Assembly: GCA_964505405.1 (NCBI GenBank) | Contig: CAZDHZ010000002.1 | Location: 1 to 43,968 of the forward strand | Reading direction: 5' to 3' | Length of the DNA stretch: 43,968 nucleotides | From: an uncultured Gammaproteobacteria bacterium | GTDB lineage: Bacteria; Patescibacteriota; Patescibacteriia; Patescibacteriales; UBA12075 | In this document: piece by piece, positions 33,330 to 41,638 of the stretch | How positions within the stretch are numbered: position 1 is the stretch's first letter | How the letters are laid out: each line of letters starts with the position of its first letter | Notes under the pieces: model-generated | Told to the model about the DNA's origin: nothing | Database searches by the model: none | Seen by the model: the letters and a program-made list of their open reading frames with translations, nothing else | Translations under genes and position numbers: made by a program

Positions 33330-35849
33330 ATGGATGAAGCAATACAAGATAATATTATTTTTAATGAAAATTTTGGTTCACAATTTGATTTTTCTTGGAT
33401 TTTTTGGATTTTTTTGGTTTTCTTAATTGCTATTATTATTATTTTAATCAAAAAATATATAAATTATTTAATACATCACAGTACTTATTTTAAACATTCC
33501 ATATTTTTAATTAGATTACCAAAAGAAAGACCGGGAGAAAATAAACAGGAATTTACAGTGCAATCTTTACATGAAGAAATAGCTAAAGGTGAAACTATAT
33601 TTTCAAGTATTGGTGGTTTAAGAGCGCAAAGAGGGATTAAGGCCTTTTTTCTTGGAAGAAACGATCATTTTTCTTTTGAGATTGTGGCTAATAATAAAAA
33701 AATTGCTTTTTACATAGTAGCGCCCGCTAAGATGAGCCGTTATATTGAACAGGAAGTGCATGCTTATTATCCAGACGCGGTTATTGAAGAGACTGAGGAT
33801 TATAATATTTTTAAACCCAATTCAAAAATTTTAGCTGGATTTTTAAAAACTCGCCGTAATCGTATCTTTCCTTTAAAAACTTATAAGAAACAAGATACTG
33901 ATCCGATGAATTCTTTAATTAATGTTATGTCTAAATTAGATGAAGATGAAGGATTAGCTATCCAATATTTAGTCCGTAGCGCCAAAGCGGGCTGGCATAG
34001 AGATGCGGGTCAGGTTACTCAAAAAGTTCATGAAGGTAAAACTTTAAAGGAAGCAATTAAAGGAGTCGGAAAAAATATTTTCTGGCAGGCCATTAGTGAA
34101 ATAGCAAGTGCCGCGAAACCAATGTCTGAGCAAGAAAAGCAAAAACTTCAAAGTCAGCAACAGCAAAGAATGACGCAGATGGAAGAAGAAATGCTTAAGG
34201 GTCTTGAAGAAAAAAATTCTAAAGCCGGACTAGACGTTAATTTAAGAATAATTGTTAGCACTAAAGATAAAGGGCGGGCTAATTTATATAAAGAAAATTT
34301 ATATAATGCTTTTTCCCAATATAATTTTTATGAATATGGAAATAGCTTTAGCCATAAGATAAAAACTAATAAACAAAAAAAGTTAATAGAAGATTTTATT
34401 TATCGGCGTTTTCATAAAAATATAGCCTTTTTATTAAATACAGAAGAATTGGCCGGTCTTTATCATTTTCCATTAAAGGATATGGAGACTCCGAATATTC
34501 TTTGGCTTACTGCTCGGCATGCGCCAGCTCCGAATAATATTCCTGATGAAGGAATAATACTCGGCCATAATGTTTATAGAGGCGTTGTTAAGGACATAAG
34601 AATAAAAAAAGATGATCGGCGACGGCATATGTATGTAATCGGAAAATCCGGCGGAGGTAAATCAAAATTTATTGCCAACATGGCTATCCAGGATATTTTA
34701 AATGGGGAGGGAGTTGGAGTTTTGGATCCGCACGGAGATTTAATTGAGGATATTTTAAAAAAGATTCCGCCGGAAAGAGCTGAAGATGTTGTTGTTTTTT
34801 CCCCGTCTGATTTAGAGCGTCCCCTAGGACTTAATTTAATTGAATATGATCCAAATTATCCAGAACAGAAAACTTTTTTGATTAATGAAATGATTAAAAT
34901 TTTTGATAAACTGTATGATTTAAAATCTACTGGTGGACCAATTTTTGAACAATATATGCGTAATGCTTTACTTTTAATTATGGATGATCCTGATTCAGGT
35001 TCTACTTTGATGGAAGTTCCGAAAGTTTTAGCTGATGCTAAATTCAGAAATATGAAATTAGAAAAATGCAAGGATCCAACCGTAGTTGCTTTTTGGAAAG
35101 AAGAAGCGGAAAAAGCTGGGGGAGACGCTGCGCTTGCTAATGTAGTTCCTTATGTTACTTCAAAATTAACTCAGTTTATTTCAAATGATACTATGCGTCC
35201 GATTATTGGACAGCAACACAGTGCTTTTAATCTGCGTGATATAATGGACAAACAAAAAATTCTGCTCATAGATTTAAGTAAGGGACAAATTGGAGAAATG
35301 AACGCTTTTTTACTCGGCATGATTTTGATTGGAAAAATTTTAATGTCCGCGCTTTCTCGCTCGGATATTTCAGAAGACAAGCGAAAAGATTTTTATTTAT
35401 ATATTGATGAATTTCAAAATTTTACCACTGATTCAATTTCTTCTATTTTGTCCGAGGCTCGAAAATATGGCCTCAATTTAATTATCGCCCATCAATATTT
35501 AGGACAATTAGTTAAAAACCAGGACACCTCTATTAAAGACGCTGTTTTCGGTAATGTAGGAACATGGGTAAGTCTTAAAATCGGTGCGGATGACGCGGAA
35601 GCCTTGGAAAAAGAGATGAGTCCAGTATTTAATCAATATGATTTATTAAATGTTGATAAATTCTCCGCTTATGTTAAATTATTAATTGACAATGCAGCCA
35701 GCCGTCCTTTCTCTCTAAGAATGCCTTGGCCTTTGCCCGGAACAGAAAGAGAAGGAATTTCTTCTAAAATCAGGACTTTGAGCCGCTTAAAATATGGACG
35801 GGATAGAAATGTTGTAGAGGCGGAAATTAGAAAAAGATCTAACTATTAA
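33330..35849 (+). CDS. VirD4/TraD/TraG-like P-loop NTPase (type IV coupling-protein-like) with N-terminal TM and unknown ~350-aa domain
   Basis: GKSGGGKSKF Walker A, LYIDEFQNF Walker B and LIIAHQYLGQL motif typical of the TraG/TraD C-terminal module. Starts 4 nt after the DUF4012-like stop. Confidence 0.7.
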   Translation: MDEAIQDNIIFNENFGSQFDFSWIFWIFLVFLIAIIIILIKKYINYLIHHSTYFKHSIFLIRLPKERPGENKQEFTVQSLHEEIAKGETIFSSIGGLRAQRGIKAFFLGRNDHFSFEIVANNKKIAFYIVAPAKMSRYIEQEVHAYYPDAVIEETEDYNIFKPNSKILAGFLKTRRNRIFPLKTYKKQDTDPMNSLINVMSKLDEDEGLAIQYLVRSAKAGWHRDAGQVTQKVHEGKTLKEAIKGVGKNIFWQAISEIASAAKPMSEQEKQKLQSQQQQRMTQMEEEMLKGLEEKNSKAGLDVNLRIIVSTKDKGRANLYKENLYNAFSQYNFYEYGNSFSHKIKTNKQKKLIEDFIYRRFHKNIAFLLNTEELAGLYHFPLKDMETPNILWLTARHAPAPNNIPDEGIILGHNVYRGVVKDIRIKKDDRRRHMYVIGKSGGGKSKFIANMAIQDILNGEGVGVLDPHGDLIEDILKKIPPERAEDVVVFSPSDLERPLGLNLIEYDPNYPEQKTFLINEMIKIFDKLYDLKSTGGPIFEQYMRNALLLIMDDPDSGSTLMEVPKVLADAKFRNMKLEKCKDPTVVAFWKEEAEKAGGDAALANVVPYVTSKLTQFISNDTMRPIIGQQHSAFNLRDIMDKQKILLIDLSKGQIGEMNAFLLGMILIGKILMSALSRSDISEDKRKDFYLYIDEFQNFTTDSISSILSEARKYGLNLIIAHQYLGQLVKNQDTSIKDAVFGNVGTWVSLKIGADDAEALEKEMSPVFNQYDLLNVDKFSAYVKLLIDNAASRPFSLRMPWPLPGTEREGISSKIRTLSRLKYGRDRNVVEAEIRKRSNY

Positions 35850-35952
35850 TTACAAATTCACAAATTTAAACACAAATTCACAAATTGGAAAAAATATTTA
35901 TAACATTTTATTCAAATTTGTGGTATTTGTGATAAGATTTGTGAATTTGTAA
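35847..35952. repeat. AT-rich long hairpin element with TAATTACAAATTCACAAAT arms
   Basis: TTACAAATTCACAAAT (35849-35864) is the reverse complement of ATTTGTGAATTTGTAA (35937-35952). There is an inner imperfect pair, ACACAAATTCACAAATT / AATTTGTGGTATTTGTG. The left arm overlaps the stop codon. Confidence 0.6.
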
Positions 35953-36023
35953 TGCATATATGGACAAATGAGACAAAATAATATAATATAAAAATAACAA
36001 AATAATAAAAATAAATAAAAAAT

Positions 36024-36710
36024 ATGTCTAAAATAAACATGCAAAATGAGGAGGGAATTGATAATAGCGGATTTATTGATGATCTTGATTTATCGGGAGG
36101 AACGAATAACAAACAAGACAATAAAAACGATAATATTAAGACTTCTGACTCTGTAAATTTAAGCTTTTCTAAAATTAAATTAATTAAGGAATTGCTTTTA
36201 AATTCTGAAGAAAACATTAAAAAAGCAAAAAATCTTTTATCCGGTTATTTATCTCTGAAAGATGAAGAAAAAATAAGTATTGGGCAATTGAGTGATGCTT
36301 CTTTTGAAAATGTTAATACCGAAGAATTGGGAAGTGGAAGAATAATAGAGGGCGTATTTGATGGGGAACAGATGATCGGACCAGACGGAAAACATTATAG
36401 CATTCCGGCTAACTATGCCTCAAAATCAAAGTTAATTGAAGGAGACATTTTAAAATTAACCATTACTCCTAGTGGGACTTTTGTTTATAAGCAAATTGGT
36501 CCGATTGAGAGAATTAGGGTTATTGCCACCTTAGAACAAGATGAAACTTCAAGTTTTTATGCGTTTTCCGACGGTAAAAAATGGAAAATTTTAACTGCTA
36601 GCGTAACTTATTATAAAGGATCGGTTGGTGATGAAGTTGTAATTTTAATTCCGAAGACAGGAGAAAGTGGGTGGGCTGCTGTTGAAAATATTGTTAAAAA
36701 ATCTTATTAA
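36024..36710 (+). CDS. Hypothetical protein (228 aa), N/D-rich N-terminus and beta-rich C-terminal domain
   Basis: Long ORF in an AT-rich background. No family recognised. Confidence 0.6.
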   Translation: MSKINMQNEEGIDNSGFIDDLDLSGGTNNKQDNKNDNIKTSDSVNLSFSKIKLIKELLLNSEENIKKAKNLLSGYLSLKDEEKISIGQLSDASFENVNTEELGSGRIIEGVFDGEQMIGPDGKHYSIPANYASKSKLIEGDILKLTITPSGTFVYKQIGPIERIRVIATLEQDETSSFYAFSDGKKWKILTASVTYYKGSVGDEVVILIPKTGESGWAAVENIVKKSY

Positions 36711-36791
36711 AATAATTGTGATAGCTATTGCAGACTCAAGAGTTTTAGCTTTAAGTCTGCTTTATTAATGGAATTGTTCACGAATTAATAT

Positions 36792-38429
36792 ATGGCTACT
36801 TTATATAGAAAATATAGACCGCAAAATTTTAAGGAAGTGGTAAATCAAAACCACATCAAAATTACCTTAGAGCATGAAATAGAATCTGGTAGTATTGCTC
36901 ATGCTTATTTGTTCTGTGGGCCTAGAGCAGTAGGGAAAACAACAATTGCCAGAGTTTTTGCTAAAGCGATTAATTGCGATGCCAGAAAAAAAGGAGAACA
37001 TGAACCTTGTAATCAATGCCAATCCTGTAATGAAATTTCAAAAGGCAGAAGCCTAAATATTATAGAAATAGATGCTGCTTCTCATACTGGTGTTGATAAT
37101 GTGCGAGAAAATATTATATCTGTTTCTAAAATATCCGCTGAAAAAGGGAAATATAAGGTTTTTATTATAGATGAAGTCCATATGCTTTCTATTAGTGCTT
37201 TTAACGCTTTACTTAAAGTTATAGAGGAGCCTCCTGAAAATGTTATTTTTATTCTTTGTACAACTGAAGTTCATAAAATACCAGCTACCATTATATCCAG
37301 ATGTCAAAGATTTGATTTTAAAAGAATAAATATTAGCGAATTAACAAAAAAACTTCAATTTATTTGTGATAAAGAAGGAATCAAGGTAGAAAAAAACATT
37401 TTAGAATCTATTGCTCGACATTCTGAGGGTCATATGCGCGACGCAGAAAGTCTTTTAGGACAAGTAATATCTATTGGAGAAAATGAGATTAGTCAGAAAG
37501 AAGCGGATTTAGTAATCCCAAGAAGCGATATATCCGAGGTAATTAGTTTAATAGATTCTTTAAGTAAAAAGGACGCGGGAGCCGGAATTGGAATTATTAA
37601 TAAAGCTCTTGATGAAGGTGTCGATATTAAAAGATTTACAATTGATTTAATAGAAATTTTAAGAAAACTATTGTTATCCAAATTAAACAAGAATTTAGCT
37701 GAAAAATTGGGTCTTGAACTAGGGGAATCTTTGGAAATAAAATTAAATGAAATAAGCAAAAAATTAGAAATTTCTCAAATTATTTATTTTATTGAAAAAT
37801 TTCTTAAAGCCAAAGATATTCTTAAGAGTAGTTTTATTATTCAGCTTCCTTTGGAACTTGCTGTTGTTGAAATTTGTACAGGAGAAACCGTGATTAATCC
37901 AAAATCTCCTTTAAGAAAATCAGAAGAAGTTAAAAAAAATATTTTTAAACAAAATATTCAAGATCCATTTAAACAAGAAGATAAAAAAGAAGAAACATTA
38001 TCACAGGCGCCAATATTAGATAAAGAAAATTTAAAGACATCGTCTAATAATATTAATATTCAGAATATTAGAGATAAATGGAATGAAGTTCTGCTAAGAA
38101 TAAAAAAACATAATCATTCTTTAACTTTTATTTTGCGTGTTTGCGAACCAAGAAGTATTGAAAATGGATGTTTGCGCTTAGCTTTTAAATATAAATTTCA
38201 CAAAGATAGAATTAATGAAGTGGCTATTTCTAATATAATTAAAAATGTTTTAAATGAAGTACATGGCGCCAATTTAAATATTGAAGCTGTTATTGATGAA
38301 AAAATTATAGTTGAGAACAATGTTGTTTCCGAATCTTCTGATAAAGAAAAAAATAAAAAAGAAGATAATAACAATGAAGATGTTTTAGGTGGTATGTTAA
38401 AAACATTTGGGGGAAAAGTTTTAAATTAA
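36792..38429 (+). CDS. dnaX: DNA polymerase III subunit gamma/tau
   Basis: LYRKYRPQNF, GPRAVGKTT Walker A, a CNQCQSC zinc module, FIIDEVHMLS and SRCQRFDF sensor motif. Confidence 0.9.
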   Translation: MATLYRKYRPQNFKEVVNQNHIKITLEHEIESGSIAHAYLFCGPRAVGKTTIARVFAKAINCDARKKGEHEPCNQCQSCNEISKGRSLNIIEIDAASHTGVDNVRENIISVSKISAEKGKYKVFIIDEVHMLSISAFNALLKVIEEPPENVIFILCTTEVHKIPATIISRCQRFDFKRINISELTKKLQFICDKEGIKVEKNILESIARHSEGHMRDAESLLGQVISIGENEISQKEADLVIPRSDISEVISLIDSLSKKDAGAGIGIINKALDEGVDIKRFTIDLIEILRKLLLSKLNKNLAEKLGLELGESLEIKLNEISKKLEISQIIYFIEKFLKAKDILKSSFIIQLPLELAVVEICTGETVINPKSPLRKSEEVKKNIFKQNIQDPFKQEDKKEETLSQAPILDKENLKTSSNNINIQNIRDKWNEVLLRIKKHNHSLTFILRVCEPRSIENGCLRLAFKYKFHKDRINEVAISNIIKNVLNEVHGANLNIEAVIDEKIIVENNVVSESSDKEKNKKEDNNNEDVLGGMLKTFGGKVLN

Positions 38430-38433
38430 TTTT

Positions 38434-39225
38434 ATGTCTAAAAAAATAGGCTTAGCTTTAGGGTCCGGTGGCGCAAGAGGAATTGCTCATATTGGGGTAC
38501 TTAAAGAATTAGAAAAAAATAATATCAAAATAGATTATTTAGCTGGTTGCAGTATGGGAGCCTTAATCGGAGGAAGCTATGCATTAAGCAAAAATATTAA
38601 AGAACTTGAAGAAATTGCTCTTAGTTTTAATAAAAGATGGTCATTAAATAAAATAGCTGATTTAAATTTACCTCATAAATCATTGATTAAAGGTTTTAAA
38701 GTTTCTAATTTTATAAAAAGCTTAGTTTATGATAAAAAATTTAATGAAACAAAAATTCCTTTAAAAATTATAGCGACAGAATTAGCAAGTGGTGATGAAG
38801 TTGTTTTAGATAAAGGAAAAATATCAGATGCTATTAGAGCAAGTATTTCCTTACCCGGAATATTTCCACTTATAAAAATTAATAATAAATACCTATTAGA
38901 TGGAGGTTTAGTTAATCCTACGCCAGCAGATATTGTTCAAAAAATGGGAGCAGATATTACCATAGCTGTAGATTTTATTATTAATAGTAAACAAGAATTT
39001 AAAAATCCCGGAATTTTTACAGTTTTAATGCAATCCTACGAAATAATGAGAGAACAGGCAGTCAAACATAGAATAAAAGAAAAGAAAAATTTAATTATTA
39101 TCAAGCCTGATATTAGAAGTGCAATTGATAGTTTCAAATTTCGTGATATAGAAAAAATTATAGAATCTGGAGCAAAAGCGACTAGAAAAGCCATGCCCCA
39201 AATCAAAAGTTTAATATTACAATAA
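38434..39225 (+). CDS. Patatin-like phospholipase (RssA-like)
   Basis: GSGGARG oxyanion motif, GCSMGA nucleophile elbow and DGG catalytic Asp motif. Confidence 0.85.
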   Translation: MSKKIGLALGSGGARGIAHIGVLKELEKNNIKIDYLAGCSMGALIGGSYALSKNIKELEEIALSFNKRWSLNKIADLNLPHKSLIKGFKVSNFIKSLVYDKKFNETKIPLKIIATELASGDEVVLDKGKISDAIRASISLPGIFPLIKINNKYLLDGGLVNPTPADIVQKMGADITIAVDFIINSKQEFKNPGIFTVLMQSYEIMREQAVKHRIKEKKNLIIIKPDIRSAIDSFKFRDIEKIIESGAKATRKAMPQIKSLILQ

Positions 39226-39256
39226 TTCGGAGATCGTCTAATGGCCCGCCTGCAAC

Positions 39257-39493
39257 GTGTATTATACTTATGTTTTAAAGAGCTATCGAGATTTAAAATT
39301 ATATATTGGATGGACGGATGATTTGAGCTCAAGATTTATTAAACATCAAAAAGGTCTAGTGCTATCAACAAAAAACAGAAGACCTTTTAAGTTGGTTTAT
39401 TACGAAGCGTGCCTAAGTAAAGAAGGAGCTATTAAAAGAGAAAAACAGTTAAAAACTGGATTTGGAAGAAAATATTTAAAAAATAGAATATAA
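39257..39493 (+). CDS. Small GIY-YIG nuclease-domain protein (78 aa)
   Basis: YYTYVLKS...LYIGWTDDLSSRFIKH...YYEAC...AIKREKQLK pattern of stand-alone GIY-YIG domain proteins. GTG start. Flanked by direct repeats. Confidence 0.8.
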   Translation: MYYTYVLKSYRDLKLYIGWTDDLSSRFIKHQKGLVLSTKNRRPFKLVYYEACLSKEGAIKREKQLKTGFGRKYLKNRI

Positions 39494-39496
39494 TTT

Positions 39497-39570
39497 TCGG
39501 AGATCGTCTAATGGTAGGACATTTGGTTCTGGTCCAAAGAATCGGGGTTCGAATCCCTGTCTCCGAGCCA
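39497..39570 (+). tRNA. tRNA-Gln (anticodon CTG), CCA encoded
   Basis: Manual cloverleaf: acceptor TCGGAGA/TCTCCGA (U1:A72), D stem GTCT/GGAC, anticodon stem TTTGG/CCAAA, loop TTCTGGT, T arm CGGGG-TTCGAAT-CCCTG, discriminator G, then CCA. Confidence 0.85.
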
Positions 39571-39718
39571 CGAAAAATGGCTGCGCCATCTCGTGGCGCG
39601 CCACATCAGCATAGACGTGTCGAGAGCCACTTACATTAATATTAGATACCATTTTTGACGTGAGCCACGTGGTAGCGAAACTACTTTACGTGGCAAGGAA
39701 TGTGAATTATTTATCTTT

Positions 39719-41500
39719 ATGTCAAACATCAGAAATTTTTGTATTATTGCCCATATTGATCATGGAAAATCAACCTTGGCTGATCGGATGTTGGAATTAA
39801 CCAATACAGTTGAAGAGAGAAAAATGAAATCTCAAATTTTAGATAGGATGGATCTGGAAAGAGAACGGGGTATAACTATTAAACTACAGCCGGTTACTAT
39901 GAATTACAAAGATTATTCTTTGAATTTAATAGACACCCCCGGTCATGTAGATTTTTCTTATGAGGTATCACGCAGTTTAGCAGCTGTAGAAGGTGCTGTT
40001 TTGTTAGTGGACGCTACTCAAGGGATTCAAGCTCAAACTCTGGCCAATCTTTATTTAGCTATGGAACAAAATTTAACTATTATTCCTGTTGCTAATAAAA
40101 TAGATTTACCAGCTTCGGATTTAGAAAAAACAAAAAGAGAGATTGTAGGGCTTTTGGGATGTTCAGCTGATGAGATTTTAAGCGCTAGCGGAAAAACCGG
40201 AGAAGGGGTAGAAGAAATATTAAATACAGTTATAGACAAAATTCCAGCGCCGATTAAAAATGAAAATGAAAATTTAAGAGCTTTAATTTTTGATTCAAAT
40301 TATGATGAATATAAAGGAGTTGTAGCTTATGTTCGACTTATTGATGGAGAAATTAAAAAGGGAGATAAAATAAAACTAAAAGCAACTGGCGCTGAGAACG
40401 AGGCCTTAGAGGTTGGAATTTTTAAACCGGATTATTTTAAGACGGATAAATTAAGCGCTGGAGATATAGGATATATTATTACTGGATTTAGGAATGTAGA
40501 AGAATGCCGAGTAGGGGATACGCTTTGTCTTTTAAAATCACATACAGAATGCAAACCCTTAAAGGGTTATAGTGATATTAAGCCTATGGTTTTTGCCGGA
40601 ATTTTTCCAAAAGAAGGAAATGAATATAAAGAATTAAGAGAGGCTATTGATAGATTGAAATTAAATGATTCCGCTTTAATCTATGAGGCTGAACATTCTG
40701 ATGCTTTGGGTTTTGGATTTAGGTGTGGTTTTTTAGGAATATTGCATTTGGAAATTTTTCAGGAAAGACTAAGACGGGAATATGGGCTTGAACTTATTGT
40801 TACCTTGCCTAGCGTGGCTTATAAAGTTTATTTAAAAAACGGTGAAGAATTTATCATGCGCACTCCTCAGCAATTTCCAAATAGAGAAAGCATAGAAAAA
40901 ATAGAAGAACCTTGGGTTAAGCTTGATATTATAACTCCCAAAGATTATGTAGGCGGAGTTATGAGTTTAGCTCAAGAAAAAAGAGGAGTTTATAAAAATA
41001 CCGAATATATTGATGAAACTAGGGCAATACTCCATTATGAAATGCCTATGAGCGCAATTTTAACCGATTTTTATGATAAAATTAAAAGTGTAAGTTCGGG
41101 ATATGCTTCTATAAATTATGAATTTTTTAAATATGAAGAGGCTAAAGTCGTGAAGATGGATATTTTAGTGGCTGAAGAAATAATAGAGGCTTTATCTACT
41201 ATTGTCTATGAGGATGAAGCCTTTAAGGAAGGTAAAGAAATTGTTAATACTTTAAAAGAGAGTATGCCAAAGCAGATGTTTGTTTTAAAATTACAAGCGT
41301 CTATAGGCGGAAAAATTATTGCTGGAGAACGTTTATCAGCTCTAAGAAAAGATGTTACTGCTAAACTTTACGGAGGAGATGTAAGCCGGAAAAGGAAATT
41401 ACTTGAAAAACAGAAAAAAGGAAAGAAAAAAATGATGATGTCCGGGAAAGGCAGTGTTGATATTCCTCCGGAAACTTTTGTTAAGATTCTTAAAAAATAA
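39719..41500 (+). CDS. lepA: Translation elongation factor 4 (LepA)
   Basis: IRNFCIIAHIDHGKSTLADR, DTPGHVDF and NKIDL GTPase motifs, with the LepA-specific C-terminal domain. Confidence 0.95.
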   Translation: MSNIRNFCIIAHIDHGKSTLADRMLELTNTVEERKMKSQILDRMDLERERGITIKLQPVTMNYKDYSLNLIDTPGHVDFSYEVSRSLAAVEGAVLLVDATQGIQAQTLANLYLAMEQNLTIIPVANKIDLPASDLEKTKREIVGLLGCSADEILSASGKTGEGVEEILNTVIDKIPAPIKNENENLRALIFDSNYDEYKGVVAYVRLIDGEIKKGDKIKLKATGAENEALEVGIFKPDYFKTDKLSAGDIGYIITGFRNVEECRVGDTLCLLKSHTECKPLKGYSDIKPMVFAGIFPKEGNEYKELREAIDRLKLNDSALIYEAEHSDALGFGFRCGFLGILHLEIFQERLRREYGLELIVTLPSVAYKVYLKNGEEFIMRTPQQFPNRESIEKIEEPWVKLDIITPKDYVGGVMSLAQEKRGVYKNTEYIDETRAILHYEMPMSAILTDFYDKIKSVSSGYASINYEFFKYEEAKVVKMDILVAEEIIEALSTIVYEDEAFKEGKEIVNTLKESMPKQMFVLKLQASIGGKIIAGERLSALRKDVTAKLYGGDVSRKRKLLEKQKKGKKKMMMSGKGSVDIPPETFVKILKK

Positions 41501-41504
41501 GTAT

Positions 41505-41523
41505 AATTACAAATTCACAAATA
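41505..41523. repeat. Single copy of the AATTACAAATTCACAAATA motif
   Basis: Identical 17-mer core to 35848-35864, located 5 nt after the lepA stop codon. No partner arm seen. Confidence 0.55.
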
Positions 41524-41525
41524 AT

Positions 41526-41624
41526 ATGAAGAAGAAAACAATAAGAAAAATAGTTTGGGTTTTTTTAAGCTCTATGATAATTTTTACCATGCTTATCTGG
41601 ACTTTAGCTCCAGCTTTTATGTAG
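41526..41624 (+). CDS. Candidate 32-aa membrane microprotein
   Basis: ATG 41526 to TAG 41624 translates as MKKKTIRKIVWVFLSSMIIFTMLIWTLAPAFM: a basic N-terminus plus one hydrophobic helix. It fills the lepA-recJ spacer and is below the ORF-track length cutoff. Confidence 0.35.
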   Translation: MKKKTIRKIVWVFLSSMIIFTMLIWTLAPAFM

Positions 41625-41638
41625 TTAATATTTTTTAC

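Noticed and set aside
37932-37991. Programmed frameshift or transcriptional slippage site in dnaX (A8 run at 37932-37939; GAT AAA AAA GAA at 37980-37991), located about where tau/gamma are separated
   Set aside because: The heptamer is not the A AAA AAG type in the correct frame. There is no downstream stem-loop, and the -1 frame stops only after ~10 codons. A-runs are common in this AT-rich genome. It is speculative without experimental data.
39226-39570. GIY-YIG ORF as a homing endonuclease inside a group I intron splitting tRNA-Gln
   Set aside because: The downstream tRNA (39497-39570) folds as a complete, uninterrupted cloverleaf. The upstream 19-mer is therefore a duplicated fragment rather than a 5' exon. 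No group I intron core elements were recognised.
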